From contig CAWAGQ010000004.1 in NCBI GenBank assembly GCA_963781585.1, positions 736,001 to 800,000 of the forward strand: a stretch of DNA of 64,000 bases, read 5' to 3'. The stretch comes from an uncultured Gemmatimonadaceae bacterium (GTDB lineage: Bacteria; Gemmatimonadota; Gemmatimonadetes; Gemmatimonadales; Gemmatimonadaceae). Made by a program: the position numbers and the translations under genes. Shown piece by piece: positions 39,908 to 50,584 of the stretch; position 1 is the first letter of the stretch, and every line of letters starts with the position of its first letter. Under the pieces are notes generated by a model. That model saw only the letters and a program-made list of their open reading frames with translations, had not been told where the DNA came from and did not search any database.

Positions 39908-40288
39908 CTATGGTCGTACCACGGCGCCTAACGCGAATCCGACGGCCAGGCCGCCCCAGAAGTAGAGCCGCTTGAACCAGGGGCGCCGGGGCTCCTCGAG
40001 GATGACCCACTGGTCGGTGGTCAGGCGGGTGGTCTGGCCGATGATCAGTGCCGTGGCGACGCCCCGGTCGACGGAGATCACGCGGAGCCGTGCCACGAGC
40101 GCGTCGCGGTGCAACGGGTCCACGGCAAGGCCGGTGAGGTCGCGGTGCACCCAGCCTTCGGTGCCCACGGTGAAGGTGACCGTGGTGTCGCCCACCTGCG
40201 AAATCTCGAACCGGACGCCCTTGACCTGTGCCCCGAGCGTTGCGCCAGACCCGGCGAGCAGTGCCACCGCGAGCAGGAATTGGCGCAT
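39908..40288 (-). CDS. Hypothetical exported protein with C-terminal membrane anchor
   Basis: Signal peptide MRQFLLAVALLAGSGATLGA-Q, beta-rich core, C-terminal RRPWFKRLYFWGGLAVGFALGAVV. Confidence 0.75.
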   Translation of the reverse strand: MRQFLLAVALLAGSGATLGAQVKGVRFEISQVGDTTVTFTVGTEGWVHRDLTGLAVDPLHRDALVARLRVISVDRGVATALIIGQTTRLTTDQWVILEEPRRPWFKRLYFWGGLAVGFALGAVVRP

Positions 40289-40444
40289 CGAACGGAGGGG
40301 TTGAAGGCGTACGACGAGGCCGCGTCGGCGGAACGGTCTGCAGGTGGGGGAACGCGTCCAGGTGACAGGGTCAGGGCCGATGGGCCGCGCCGGCCGGCCG
40401 CACCGGTCGCCAGGCCGTGCGCGAAGGGCCGCGCGGGCGATCGA

Positions 40445-41712
40445 TCAGCCGAACAGCTTCACCAGCCCCTTGAGATCATTGAGCATCACGAGCGCGAACA
40501 GCAGCGCGATCGCGACCAGACCGGCCCGAAGAATATACTCGCGCGTGCGAGCGCTGAAGGCACTGCCCTTGATCGCTTCGGCCAGGTTCAGGAGGATCTG
40601 GCCCCCGTCGAGGATCGGGATAGGGAGAAGGTTGAGGATGGCCACGTTGATGCTGAGGAATGCAATGAGCGACAGCAGAGTCTCGAGGCCCGAACGGGCC
40701 GCCTCGACCGACGACCGCGCGATCTGGATCGGGCCGCCCAGCTGGGTGACCGAAACCTGCCCCGACACCAGCCCGACGATCACCTGAACGACACTCCCCC
40801 CCATCGCCACCGTGGCGTGCCAGCCGGCGGCGACCGACGACGCCGGCGTTAGGCGTTCGCTCAGTACCCTGGTGGTCGAGTAGGCGCCGATCTTCGGCAC
40901 CTGCACCGGGCGCCCGGTCACCAGGTTGGTGTCGGGCGCCAGCTGCGGCACCATGTGCAGCGTCACGCGCTCACCACGGCGCATCACGTCCAGCTCGAGG
41001 ACCTTCCCCTGCGACTGCGCGATCTGGGCGGTCACGTCCGACCACCGGCTTCACCGGCAGTCCGTTGACCGCCACGATGCTGTCGGCCGCCATCATGCCG
41101 GCGCGATCGGCCGGGAGTCCGGCCAGCACCGAATCCACCACCGGCGGGCGATATGGTCGACCGTACGCCGCAAAGAGTCCCACCGACACCACCAGCGTGA
41201 GCACCGCGTTCATCGTGACGCCGGCAAACAGAATGATCAGACGCGCCCACAACGGCCTTCGATTCGAACCACCGGTTGGGCGGAACCGGCCGCGGCCCGA
41301 ACGGCACCATGGCGTTGGGGTCCCAGTCCGCACGGGCGCTTCGCTCCCCGGACGCCCTGGGCAGCGCTCGGCCTGGGTCGCGCCGGAGTCCCTGTCTGCG
41401 GACGCCGTCGGGCAGCGCGGTGTAGTCGAGCGCTTCACCCGGGCGGGGCGCCCCCACCTTCACCTCACTCCCGCCTTCGAGAAACGCCATCGCCTCGTCT
41501 TCGCGCGAGGCCATGCGCACGTAGCCGCCGATCGGGAGCCAGCCGATGAGGTACTCGGTCTCGCCGTGGCGCCGCTTCCAGAGCGCGCGACCAAAGCCGA
41601 TGGAGAACCGCGGGGCGTAGACACCCAGCAGCTTGGCGGCCATGAAGTGCCCGAGCTCGTGCACCAGCACCACGAGGCCGAAGACGAGAACCGGCGCGAA
41701 CCAGCTCAGCAT
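40445..41712 (-). CDS. rseP: RIP metalloprotease RseP (split by apparent single-base insertions)
   Basis: HELGH, PIGGYVRM, PDZ segment and NLLPIPILDGG fall in three frames; shifts near 41255 and 41045. Confidence 0.88.
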
Positions 41713-42841
41713 GCGACGTGCTCCAGCACGTGTTGCCGGGCTGCCCGGTCGGCGGCCAGGAGTTCGTCGCGCGTGCGTCCCGGCATCGCGCCCAGAGCGC
41801 TCAGCGCCGATTCAATGACGCGGGGGATGTCCATGAATGCGAGCCTCCCTTCGAGAAAGAGCGCGACCGCCTGTTCGTTGGAGGCATTATACACGGCGGG
41901 CGCCGCGCCCCCGGTCCGGCCGGCTTCGATGCCGAGACGCAGCGCCGGAAAGTCCGCGAGACGGACCGTCTCGAACGTCAGTGGGGACGTGCCGACCGGA
42001 TCGAACCGCTGTACACCGCTGTCCGGGATTCGCTCCGGGTGCGTGAGGGCGTACAGCACCGGCAGCTCCATCGACGGCATGCCGAGCTGCGCCAGCACGC
42101 TCCCGTCCACGAATTCCACGAACGAGTGCACGAGGCTCTGCGGATGCACGACCACCTCGATCGCGTCATACGCAAGCCCGAACAGGAAGTGGGCCTCGAT
42201 GACCTCGAGCGCCTTGTTGGCGAGGGTCGCGCTGTCGACGGTGATCTTGCGCCCCATGCGCCAGGTGGGATGGCGCAGCGCCTCCTCTCGCGTGGCGTTG
42301 GCGAGCTGTTCGCGCGTCCAGCCGCGAAACGGGCCACCGGAGGCCGTGAGGATCAGCCGCCGGACCTCGTTGCGCGGGCGGCGGCCCAGGCACTGCAGAA
42401 TGGCGGAGTGCTCGCTGTCCACGGGGACGATCTCGCCCCCGTGACGTTGCGGCCGCGGCGGTGGCGATCTCGCCTGCGACGACCAGCGTCTCCTTGTTTG
42501 CGAGCGCGACGCGCTTCCCCGCCTCCAGCGCGGCCAGCGTGGCGTCCAGTCCCGCTGAGCCCACGACGGCGTTCAGCACGATCGCCGCGTCCGGAAGGGT
42601 CGCGGCTTCGACCAGGCATCCCGGACCACTGTGCCATCCGGTCGGCGAGAGACGCCCTCCGTTCACCAGGCCTGCATAACGAGCGCAGGTCGTCGCGCGC
42701 CTGCTCGGCGAGCAGCTCGGCGTTCGAGTAGGCCGTCAGCGCCGCGATGTGAAAGCGGTCCGTGTGGCGCGCGACCACGCGGAGCGCCGTGGTGCCGATG
42801 GACCCGGTCGATCCCAGGACCGCCACGCCGCGCGTGGTCAT
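41706..42841 (-). CDS. dxr: 1-deoxy-D-xylulose-5-phosphate reductoisomerase (apparent frameshifts)
   Basis: [44 protein letters not shown] across three frames; shifts near 42690 and 42445. Confidence 0.9.
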
Positions 42842-43698
42842 CGCAGCGCGGGCAGGAGGAATCGCCCGAGGACGAGGTAGGCCACCGGAAAGACGAAGAA
42901 CAGGCTGTCGAGTCGGTCGAGCATGCCCCCGTGTCCCGGAAGAAGGTTGGAGCTGTCCTTGACCCCGGCTTCGCGCTTGAAGAGCGATTCGGCCAGGTCG
43001 CCCGCCTGCGCCGCGATCGCGACGACCAGCCCGAACACCGCCGCCGTCCAGGGCGTGAGCGCCAGTTGGGCGGCCGGCCGCAACACACCGGAGTTGTACG
43101 CGATGCCCACGCCCATGGCAACGATCAATCCGGCGACGGCACCCGCCACGGTCTTGCCGGGGCTCACCGATGGGCATGAGTTTGCGCCGCCCGATCCACC
43201 GCCCCACGAAGAACCCCGCGGTGTCGGTCCCCCAGGTGATGACGAGCGGGTACATCACCAGCGCGCTGCCCGCCGCGGCGCCGACGGCCCAAGGATGATG
43301 GCGCAGCGAATACGCGAACGACAGCGTCCCGCCGCAGTACAGCGCGCCGAACACGGTGACGGCGATCGATTCCAGCGGGCGCTCGTCGGGTCGCCGGCCC
43401 CAGACCGCCAGCCCGGCCAGGGCAACGAGGAGAACGGCCAGAGTGGCGAACGGGCGTCCGATGACGCCCAGCCGCGCCAGGTGCGTGCCGACGCGGCAGC
43501 GCCGCCGCCATGGTCGATGCCGATGCCTGCCAGCGGTCGCACGTCCCGCATCGATGCCAGTTGATACAGCTCGTGCGCGGCCACGGCGGCCAGCGCGCCC
43601 AGGAATAGCGCCAGGGCGAGCTCGCCGGCGTAGAGGAAGAGGAAGGCGAGCGGGATTCCAACCACCGCGACAATGACGCGGCGCGCCAGATTGCTCAT
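42838..43698 (-). CDS. cdsA: Phosphatidate cytidylyltransferase (apparent frameshifts)
   Basis: [47 protein letters not shown]; shifts near 43515, 43492, 43172. Confidence 0.9.
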
Positions 43699-43710
43699 GC
43701 GTCAAGCCAC

Positions 43711-44455
43711 TCAGACACTGACGCGTCCGAAGCGACGTTCGCGGCGCTGGAAGTCCCGGATGGCCTCGAACAGGTCGGCGCGGGTGAAATCGGGCCAGAG
43801 TACGGGCGAGATGTAGATCTCGGCGTAGGCGAGCTGCCAGAGCAGGAAGTTCGAGATCCGGCTCTCGCCCGATGTGCGGATGAGCAGATCGGGATCGGGA
43901 ACGCCGGCGGTGTACAGGTGCGCTTCCAGATCGGCGGCGCTCGATCCCGTCCGGATCGAGCGTCCCGTCGCGGGCATCGCGCGCCAGCAGCCGCACTGCG
44001 CGCACCAACTCGTCGCGCGCGCCATACGACACGAACAGGTTGAGCACCAGCTGATGGTTCGCGGCGGTGCGACCGACGACCTCCTTCACCGCCGACGCGG
44101 CCGACGGTGAGAGCCGGGTCAGGTCGCCGAGCACGCGCACCTGCACTCCGCGTGCCTCGAGCTCATCGGCCTCGCGCGCCACATACTCCTCCAGCAGCGA
44201 CATCAGCGCGTTCACTTCACTGGCCGGACGCTCCCAGTTCTCGCGCGAGAACGCAAACAGCGAGAGGTAGCCGAGTCCGGCTTCGGCCGCACCCTCGACG
44301 ACCTCTCGCACCGCGTTCATGCCGGAGCGGTGGCCGAACGTGCGCGGCAACAGGCGCTCGCGCGCCCACCGGCCGTTGCCGTCCATGATGATGGCGACGT
44401 GTCGCGGGACGGCGTCGCTCGCACGAATCTGCGCCAGGAGCTCGTCGGTCGACAT
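43711..44455 (-). CDS. uppS: Isoprenyl transferase / undecaprenyl diphosphate synthase (apparent frameshift)
   Basis: [24 protein letters not shown], then [21 protein letters not shown] in another frame; shift near 43942. Confidence 0.92.
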
Positions 44456-44480
44456 CGCCCGCACCGGATTCGGCGTCGTC

Positions 44481-45035
44481 TCAGACTTCCATGATTTCTT
44501 GCTCTTTCGCCTTCAGCATCGCGTCGAGCCTGGCGATGTACTCGTCGTGCAACTTCTGCAGGTCCTTCTCGGCGTGCTTGACGTCGTCTTCCGAGACGCC
44601 CTCGAGCTTCTTCAGCCGCTCGCGACTGTCGGTCCGCCAGTGGCGCACCGAGATGCGTCCTTCCTCCGTGAGCTTGTGGACGACCTTGACCAGTTCGCGC
44701 CGCCGCTCCTCGTTCATGGCCGGGAGCGGAACCCGAATGATCCCGGCCTGAGCCGACGGTTCGAGGCCAAGCTCCGAATCGCGAATGGCCTTCTCGATGA
44801 CCTTGATCTGGCCCTTGTCGTACGGCGTGACGATGAGCAGCCGGGGCTCGGGGGCGGCGATGCTGGCCACCTGGTTCAGGATCATCTGGGTTCCGTAGAT
44901 CTCCACCCGGATGGTATCGAGCATGTTCGGCGTCGCCTTGCCGCTGCGGATCGATGTGAACTCGTGCTTTGCGCCCTCGAGCGCCTTGTCCATGTGCGCC
45001 CGCGCATCCTTGAGAATCTGCTGGATTGTGCTCAT
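44481..45035 (-). CDS. frr: Ribosome recycling factor
   Basis: [33 protein letters not shown]. Confidence 0.97.
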   Translation of the reverse strand: MSTIQQILKDARAHMDKALEGAKHEFTSIRSGKATPNMLDTIRVEIYGTQMILNQVASIAAPEPRLLIVTPYDKGQIKVIEKAIRDSELGLEPSAQAGIIRVPLPAMNEERRRELVKVVHKLTEEGRISVRHWRTDSRERLKKLEGVSEDDVKHAEKDLQKLHDEYIARLDAMLKAKEQEIMEV

Positions 45036-45758
45036 GAGCGAACGATGGTCCCCACGCGCTCGCCGCGAACGGCCGCCGCGACAGCGCCCTTTCGGTGGAT
45101 GTTGAGTACGATCAGCGGGAGCTGGTTCTCCTTGCACAGCGTCACCGCCGTCTGATCCATCACGCCCAGTTCCTCGAGCATGACGTCGCGGTAACTGATG
45201 ACCTCGTAGAGCTTGGCGTTCGGGTCCTTCTTGGGATCGGCCGAATACACGCCGTCCACGCTGGTGGCCTTGATGATCACGTCGGCCTTGATCTGGATCG
45301 CGCGCAGCGCCGCGGCGGTATCGGTGGAAAAGTACGGATTGCCCGTGCCGCCGGCAAAAATGACCATGCGGCCCTTCTCGAAATGGCGCAACGCGCGCCG
45401 GCGGATATAGGGCTCGGCGAGTTCTTCCATACGGATGGCGGTCATGACACGGGTATCGAGCCCCCGCTTCTCCAGCGCGTCCTGCAGCGCGAGCGCGTTG
45501 ATCACCGTCCCCAGCATCCCCATGTAGTCGGCGGCGACGCGATCCATGCCGAGCTTCGCCAGCAGGGTGCCACGAACGATGTTGCCACCGCCGATGACCA
45601 TCCCGACGCCGACCCCCAGGTCGTAGACGCTCTTGATTTCGTCGCAGAACTGCTCGATGCGATCGAAATCGAAGCCCACGCCCTTCTCGCCGGCGAGCGC
45701 CTCGCCGGAGATCTTCAGCAGAATGCGCTGGTAGGCGACCTGGGGCGGAGCTGGTCAC
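45032..45758 (-). CDS. pyrH: UMP kinase (extra C near 45743 separates the GTG start from the body)
   Basis: [52 protein letters not shown] at 45758 overlaps the tsf stop but is one base out of frame. Confidence 0.93.
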
Positions 45759-46642
45759 TCCTCGCCCATCCGGAAGCGCACGAAGCGACGGATCGCCAGC
45801 GCTGCCCCAGCGGCCTTGCTGCGCTCGTCGAGGAGCTGCTGGATCGTCTTCGAGTCGTCGCGCACCCAGGGCTGCTCGAGGAGCGTCACCTCGGCGAAGA
45901 ACTTGCGCAGCTGCCCTTCGACGATCCGCTCGATGATCGCCTCGGGCTTCCCCTCCGCGCGGGCCTTCTCCTCGAAGATGCGCTGTTCGCGCTCGACCAG
46001 CTCGGGGGGAATCTCCCCGCGCCGCACCGCCTGCGGGGCGGTGGGTGAGCCCGCGACATGGAGCGCCACCTCGTTGGCCAGCTCGGTGGCAGTCGCACCG
46101 CGCGGTCCGATCACGTCGACCAGGACGGCCACCCGTCCATTGTGATGCAGATAGCTGCCAATGGTGCCGTCGGTGGCAAACCGGGCGTAGCGGCGCAGCA
46201 CGACGCGCTCGCCGGTCCTGGCCGACGCCTCCGTGACCACATCCTGGACCGTCTTGCCGGGGTCGCGATGGTACGGTCGTCCCGGGAGATCGCCCTCGGC
46301 GCTGTTCGTCACCACGGAATTCACCGATGCGTCGTTCAGCAATTGCTCGGCGAGCGATTGCGCGAGATCGCCGAAATCGGTCGTGCGCGCCACGAAGTCC
46401 GTCTCGGAGTTGATCTCCAGGAGGACACCGGTCTTCCGGTCATCCGTCACGATGCTCGCGAGGCGGCCTTCAGAGGCCGCGCGTCCGGCACGCTTCTCCG
46501 CCTTGGCGATGCCCTTCTTGCGCAGGTTCTCCACCGCCTTGTCCATGTCGCCGGCGGTTTCAATGAGTGCGGACTTGCAGTCCATCATGCCGGCGCCGGT
46601 GCGCTGGCGCAGCTCCTGGACCTCTCTTGCGGTCACTGACAT
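45755..46642 (-). CDS. tsf: Elongation factor Ts
   Basis: LRQRTGAGMMDCK, EINSETDFVAR, RRFVRFRMGE. Confidence 0.98.
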   Translation of the reverse strand: MSVTAREVQELRQRTGAGMMDCKSALIETAGDMDKAVENLRKKGIAKAEKRAGRAASEGRLASIVTDDRKTGVLLEINSETDFVARTTDFGDLAQSLAEQLLNDASVNSVVTNSAEGDLPGRPYHRDPGKTVQDVVTEASARTGERVVLRRYARFATDGTIGSYLHHNGRVAVLVDVIGPRGATATELANEVALHVAGSPTAPQAVRRGEIPPELVEREQRIFEEKARAEGKPEAIIERIVEGQLRKFFAEVTLLEQPWVRDDSKTIQQLLDERSKAAGAALAIRRFVRFRMGEE

Positions 46643-46741
46643 TTCGATTCCCGTTGGTGTGCAAACGCCGCCAGCATGAAAACCGGCGGCGCGCGTTTCG
46701 TGAAGCGGCTGCGGACCGATCGGCCGCCGCCGTAGCGCGAA

Positions 46742-47670
46742 TCACTCCGCCGATGTTTCGCCGCCCTCTCCCGCCATCGCCCTCCCCCTCCCCCCTCACC
46801 GCCTTCGACCGATTCCCCGCCTTCTCCTCCGGTCTTGAGGCGGGCGGCGATGGCCTCGGGCTTGGCCCGGCGCCGACGCGGCCGACGGCGTCGCTTCCGC
46901 TCCTCCTCGCCCGGAGCGGCGGTCTCGAGACCGCGATCGGAGCTGTAGGTGCTCTCCTCGCCCTCTTCCTCCACCGCGCGCACCGGCGCCTCGCGCCGCG
47001 CCTCCAGAATGGACTCCGCGATAAAGCGGGTGATCAGCTCGACCGACCGGATCGCATCGTCATTGCCGGCGATCGGGACCGTGATGAGGTCCGGGTCGGC
47101 GTTGGTGTCGACGATTCCGGCAATGGGGATGCCGAGCTTGTTCGCCTCGCTGACCGCGATCCGCTCCTTCTTCGAGTCGATCACGAACAGCAGTCCCGGC
47201 AGGCGCCCCATGTTCTTGATGCCCTCCAGGTACTTCGACAGCTTGTCGCGCTGCCGCGAGAGGAGGAGCTGTTCCTTCTTGGTGTAGTTCTCGAACTCGC
47301 CACCGGCTTCGGTGCCGGCTTCGAGGTCCTTGAGCCGCCGGATCTGCTTCTTGATCGTCTGAAAGTTGGTCAGCAGGCCGCCCAGCCAGCGCTCGGTGAC
47401 GAACAGCGATCCGCTGCGCTCCGCCTCGCCGCGCACGATCGCCGCCACTTGCCGCTTGGTGCAGACGAACAGGATGTTGTCGCCGCGGACGATGACCTCG
47501 CGCACCAGCTTCTGCGCCGCCTCGATCTGCTTCAGCGTCTTCTGCAGATCGATGATATGAATGCCGTTGCGCTCGGCGAAGATGAAGCGGCGCATCTTCG
47601 GGTTCCAGCGACGTGTCTGGTGGCCGAAGTGAACGCCGGCTTCGAGAAGCTGTTCGAGAGTGGGCTGCAT
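46742..47670 (-). CDS. rpsB: 30S ribosomal protein S2 (true stop probably TGA at 46744-46742)
   Basis: LLEAGVHFGH, RWLGGLLTN, GNDDAIRS; removing two Gs from G-runs near 46770-46795 restores a GEGEGDGGEGGETSAE* tail. Confidence 0.95.
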
Positions 47671-47700
47671 GGACCGATGAAGTGTGGAGGGTTGGGATCG

Positions 47701-47770
47701 TCCGCGCCCGTCATCGCTCTCGTCAACCGACGAACCGTCGGCACCCTCGAGAGCTCCGGACGCGTGAGTG
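47701..47770 (-). ncRNA. Probable S2 autoregulatory leader (t44-like cis element)
   Basis: Nested stems CGCGTCCG/CGGGCGCG, GCTCTCG/CGAGAGC, GCCGACG/CGTCGGT with internal GGGTGC, just upstream of rpsB. Confidence 0.6.
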
Positions 47771-47844
47771 ATGGATTGTCTCGGGAGTCCGGTGGCTCCG
47801 GGAGGCGACCGCCCCCGAGGAGCACCCGCGACTCGCGATCGTCG

Positions 47845-48243
47845 CTACCGCTTGCTGAACTGGAATCGCTTCCTGGCTCCCGGGCGCCCCGGCTTCTTCC
47901 GCTCCACGGTCCGGGCATCGCGGGTGAGGAGGCCGAGGTCGCGCAGCTTGCGCCGATGAACCTCGTCGACAAGCACCAGCGCCCGGGCTGCCGCCAGCCG
48001 CAGCGCGCCCGCCTGTCCGGCCTGTCCCCCGCCCTCCACCCGCGCTTTCACGTCAAACCGTCCGAGCGTGTCGGTGGCGGTGAACGGCTGCTGGATCGCC
48101 GAAACGAGCGCCGGCCGCGGGAAGTAGTCGCCTAACGTGCGACCGTTGATGTCCCACTTGCCCGAACCGGGACGGAGGTACAGACGGCAGACCGACTCCT
48201 TGCGCCGTCCCACGGCGTGAATGGGGGTACTCTCAGGCATCAC
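47845..48243 (-). CDS. rpsI: 30S ribosomal protein S9
   Basis: [36 protein letters not shown]. Confidence 0.98.
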   Translation of the reverse strand: MMPESTPIHAVGRRKESVCRLYLRPGSGKWDINGRTLGDYFPRPALVSAIQQPFTATDTLGRFDVKARVEGGGQAGQAGALRLAAARALVLVDEVHRRKLRDLGLLTRDARTVERKKPGRPGARKRFQFSKR

Positions 48244-48689
48244 GAGTCACTCGGTGCGCCGAAGCTCAGCGCAGTGGGTTTCTGGGCCGCGTGCGGATGG
48301 TCCGCGCCGGCATACACGCGCAACTTCCGTCGCAGCACCTGCCGCGCGAGCGTGGACTTGGGCAGCATGCCGTGCACCGCCTTTTCGATCACCCGCTCGG
48401 GGTGCCGCGCGATCTCCACACTGAACGGGATGAAGCGCTCGTGGCCCATGTAGCCCGTATGCCGGAAGTAGCGCTTCTGCTCGCTCTTGCGACCGGTAAC
48501 GCGGACCTTGGATGCGTTGATCACGATGACGTTGTCACCGGTATCCATGTGCGGCGTGAAGATCGGCTTGTGCTTGCCCCGGAGGATCTTTGCGATTTCC
48601 GAAGCCAGCCGGCCGAGCACCATGCCATCGGCGTCGACGACGAACCACTTCTGGTCGATATCCGCCGGCGTGGCGGAAAACGTTTTCAT
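48240..48689 (-). CDS. rplM: 50S ribosomal protein L13
   Basis: [42 protein letters not shown]. Confidence 0.98.
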   Translation of the reverse strand: MKTFSATPADIDQKWFVVDADGMVLGRLASEIAKILRGKHKPIFTPHMDTGDNVIVINASKVRVTGRKSEQKRYFRHTGYMGHERFIPFSVEIARHPERVIEKAVHGMLPKSTLARQVLRRKLRVYAGADHPHAAQKPTALSFGAPSDS

Positions 48690-48761
48690 GGCAGCGGGAA
48701 GGAGCGAGCAAACGACGGTGACGGGCGCACGTATCTCGCCCGCCTTTTTTGACAGAACTTC

Positions 48762-48790
48762 AACATAGACAGAGGCTTACGGGGAGTCAA
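48762..48790 (-). promoter_or_regulatory. Sigma70-like promoter of rplM-rpsI
   Basis: TTGACT-N17-TATGTT. Confidence 0.7.
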
Positions 48791-48857
48791 CTGCGCTCGC
48801 GCCGCCTTTCTCCCACACGCACGCGAAAGCGCACCCTGCAACCCGCATCGCTGCCCT

Positions 48858-49358
48858 CTACTCGATTTCCAGCAGCACCGTCCCCTTCTCCACCGCCACA
48901 CCCGCCTGCGCGTGGACGCGAGTAACGGTTCCGGCGCCCGTGGCGCGCAATTCGTTCTCCATCTTCATCGCCTCCATCACAACCAGAGCCCGCCCCACCT
49001 CCACGGCGTCGCCCGGCTGCACCTCGACTCGTACGATGAGGCCTGGCATCGGGGCAATCAGTCGCAGCGGCCCGGTCCGGTGCCGCCGGTTCGCGTCCAT
49101 ATCGCGCAACCGCTGCGTGTGCTCGTCGGTGGCCTGCGCCACGAGCCGGTGATCGTCGGTGGTGACCGTGTAGTCCCCTCGACCCCCGCCGTGCTCCACA
49201 GCCACCAGATGCCGCGCGGTTCCAACGGCCACTTCAACCATCGGTGTGCCAGCGATCGGGGCGAGGTGCGCGAGGATCGGCTCGCCGTCCACCAGGATCG
49301 CGTCATCGCTGATCTCCACCGAGAAGGTGTCGCCTTCCACGTCCACGACGTACTTCAC
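48858..49358 (-). CDS. Biotin carboxyl carrier protein (BT-like N-terminal region plus biotinyl domain)
   Basis: APMPGLIV, VMEAMKMENE biotinylation motif. Confidence 0.93.
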   Translation of the reverse strand: MKYVVDVEGDTFSVEISDDAILVDGEPILAHLAPIAGTPMVEVAVGTARHLVAVEHGGGRGDYTVTTDDHRLVAQATDEHTQRLRDMDANRRHRTGPLRLIAPMPGLIVRVEVQPGDAVEVGRALVVMEAMKMENELRATGAGTVTRVHAQAGVAVEKGTVLLEIE

Positions 49359-50581
49359 GGCGACGGTCTGAGTTCGACCAGTGTCTCGACGTGCGCCGTC
49401 TGGGGAAACATGTCCCAGGCCTCCACGAACGTGACGCGATACGCCGGCAGCCGGGCCACGTCTCGCGCGAGCGTTGCCGGATCGCAGCTCACGTAGATCA
49501 GTGTCGCGGGGCGAGGTCCCTGCTCCAGCAGTCGCGTGACCCGCGAGTCGACCCCGGTACGCGGCGGATTCAGGATCACGACGTCGGTCGGCAGCAACTC
49601 GCCCAGAACATCCTCGACGCTCGCCTCGCGCACCGACATCCCCGGACCCGCATGCGCGCGCGCGAAAGCGGCAGCCTCGGCATCACGTTCGACGGCCGTG
49701 ACCGCCACGCCGCGCTCCGCCAGCATTGTGCTCGTGGCGCCGTTGCCGGCGTACGCATCGACGGCGGTGGCCGGGTGCGCGGACGTGACGCGCTGGACGA
49801 TGGCCTCCCGCAGGAGGTCCGCAAGGCGCCGATTCACCTGCTCGAAGGCCGCCGCTGGCAGCCGATCGACGCGACGGTCCACGACCACCCGCGGGGGGGC
49901 GCGATCGGGGGTCCATCGAATGAACTGCAGAGAGGGACAGGCAGCGGCAAAGTCGCGCGCGTTGTCCCAGCGACGACCGCCGTCCAGCAGGAGCGACAGT
50001 GCATCGCCGGTCCGCCGGATGGTCCCACGGAGGGATCCCGCCTGCGGGAGGAGCCCGCTGGCGGCGCGCACGTCGCGCCACGCCCCGACCACCGCCGGGT
50101 CGGTGATGGGACATTCATGGAGCAGGAAGATCGCGGCCGGATTGTCGTACTGATGGAGGCCGATCATCCACGCGGCGCCGTCGTACCGCATGGTGAGAGC
50201 GAGGCGTGAGCGGTACTCCCACTGCAGCGGGCTGGCCACGATCCCGGGCAGTTCGACCGGACGTCGCGCGATACGGACCAGCGCATCCCGGACGATGCGC
50301 CGTTTGACTTCGAGTTGCGCCGGGTAGTCGAGATGCTGGAGCTGGCACCCGCCGCAGCGGTCGCGGAGGTAGTGGTGGCACCGGGGGGCGACCCGTGCCG
50401 CGCCCTCCCGCACCAAGCGGACCACTTCACCGCGGCCGAAGCGGCCGTGGGGCGCGATGCGCACGTCGGCCACGTCGCCGGGCGCGGTGCGAGGGATGAA
50501 GACCGCCATGCCCTCCGCGCGCGCCACACCGTCGCCCCCTGCCGCGATCGACTCCACGGTTACCTGCTCCAGCGCCGCCAT
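49355..50581 (-). CDS. RlmD/TrmA-family RNA (uracil-5)-methyltransferase with TRAM domain
   Basis: GGDGVAR, C...CGGCQLQH, FEQVN, DAYAGNG, NPPRTG, YVSCDPATLARD, DMFPQTAHVE. Confidence 0.92.
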   Translation of the reverse strand: MAALEQVTVESIAAGGDGVARAEGMAVFIPRTAPGDVADVRIAPHGRFGRGEVVRLVREGAARVAPRCHHYLRDRCGGCQLQHLDYPAQLEVKRRIVRDALVRIARRPVELPGIVASPLQWEYRSRLALTMRYDGAAWMIGLHQYDNPAAIFLLHECPITDPAVVGAWRDVRAASGLLPQAGSLRGTIRRTGDALSLLLDGGRRWDNARDFAAACPSLQFIRWTPDRAPPRVVVDRRVDRLPAAAFEQVNRRLADLLREAIVQRVTSAHPATAVDAYAGNGATSTMLAERGVAVTAVERDAEAAAFARAHAGPGMSVREASVEDVLGELLPTDVVILNPPRTGVDSRVTRLLEQGPRPATLIYVSCDPATLARDVARLPAYRVTFVEAWDMFPQTAHVETLVELRPSP

Positions 50582-50584
50582 TGC

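Noticed and set aside
30977..40854. GCCTAAC...GTTAGGC equals the integron attC inverse-core/core consensus (RYYYAAC...GTTRRRY)
   Set aside because: The nearest correctly ordered pairs (30977/31762 and 39926/40847) are about 800-900 bp apart, far beyond attC length. Copies lie inside core genes, and no integrase or cassette array is present.
42353..44464. 703-aa ORF that looks like an UppS-CdsA-Dxr fusion
   Set aside because: It is a patchwork of partial domains joined by nonsense stretches, created by the insertion errors.
46633..46741. Extended RpsB C-terminus overlapping tsf
   Set aside because: Explained by extra Gs in homopolymer runs. The corrected frame stops at 46742.
40445..46800. 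Programmed frameshifting, RNA editing or true pseudogenes
   Set aside because: No common slippery sequence. All lesions are +1 insertions confined to one segment and they hit essential genes, so a sequencing artefact is far more parsimonious.
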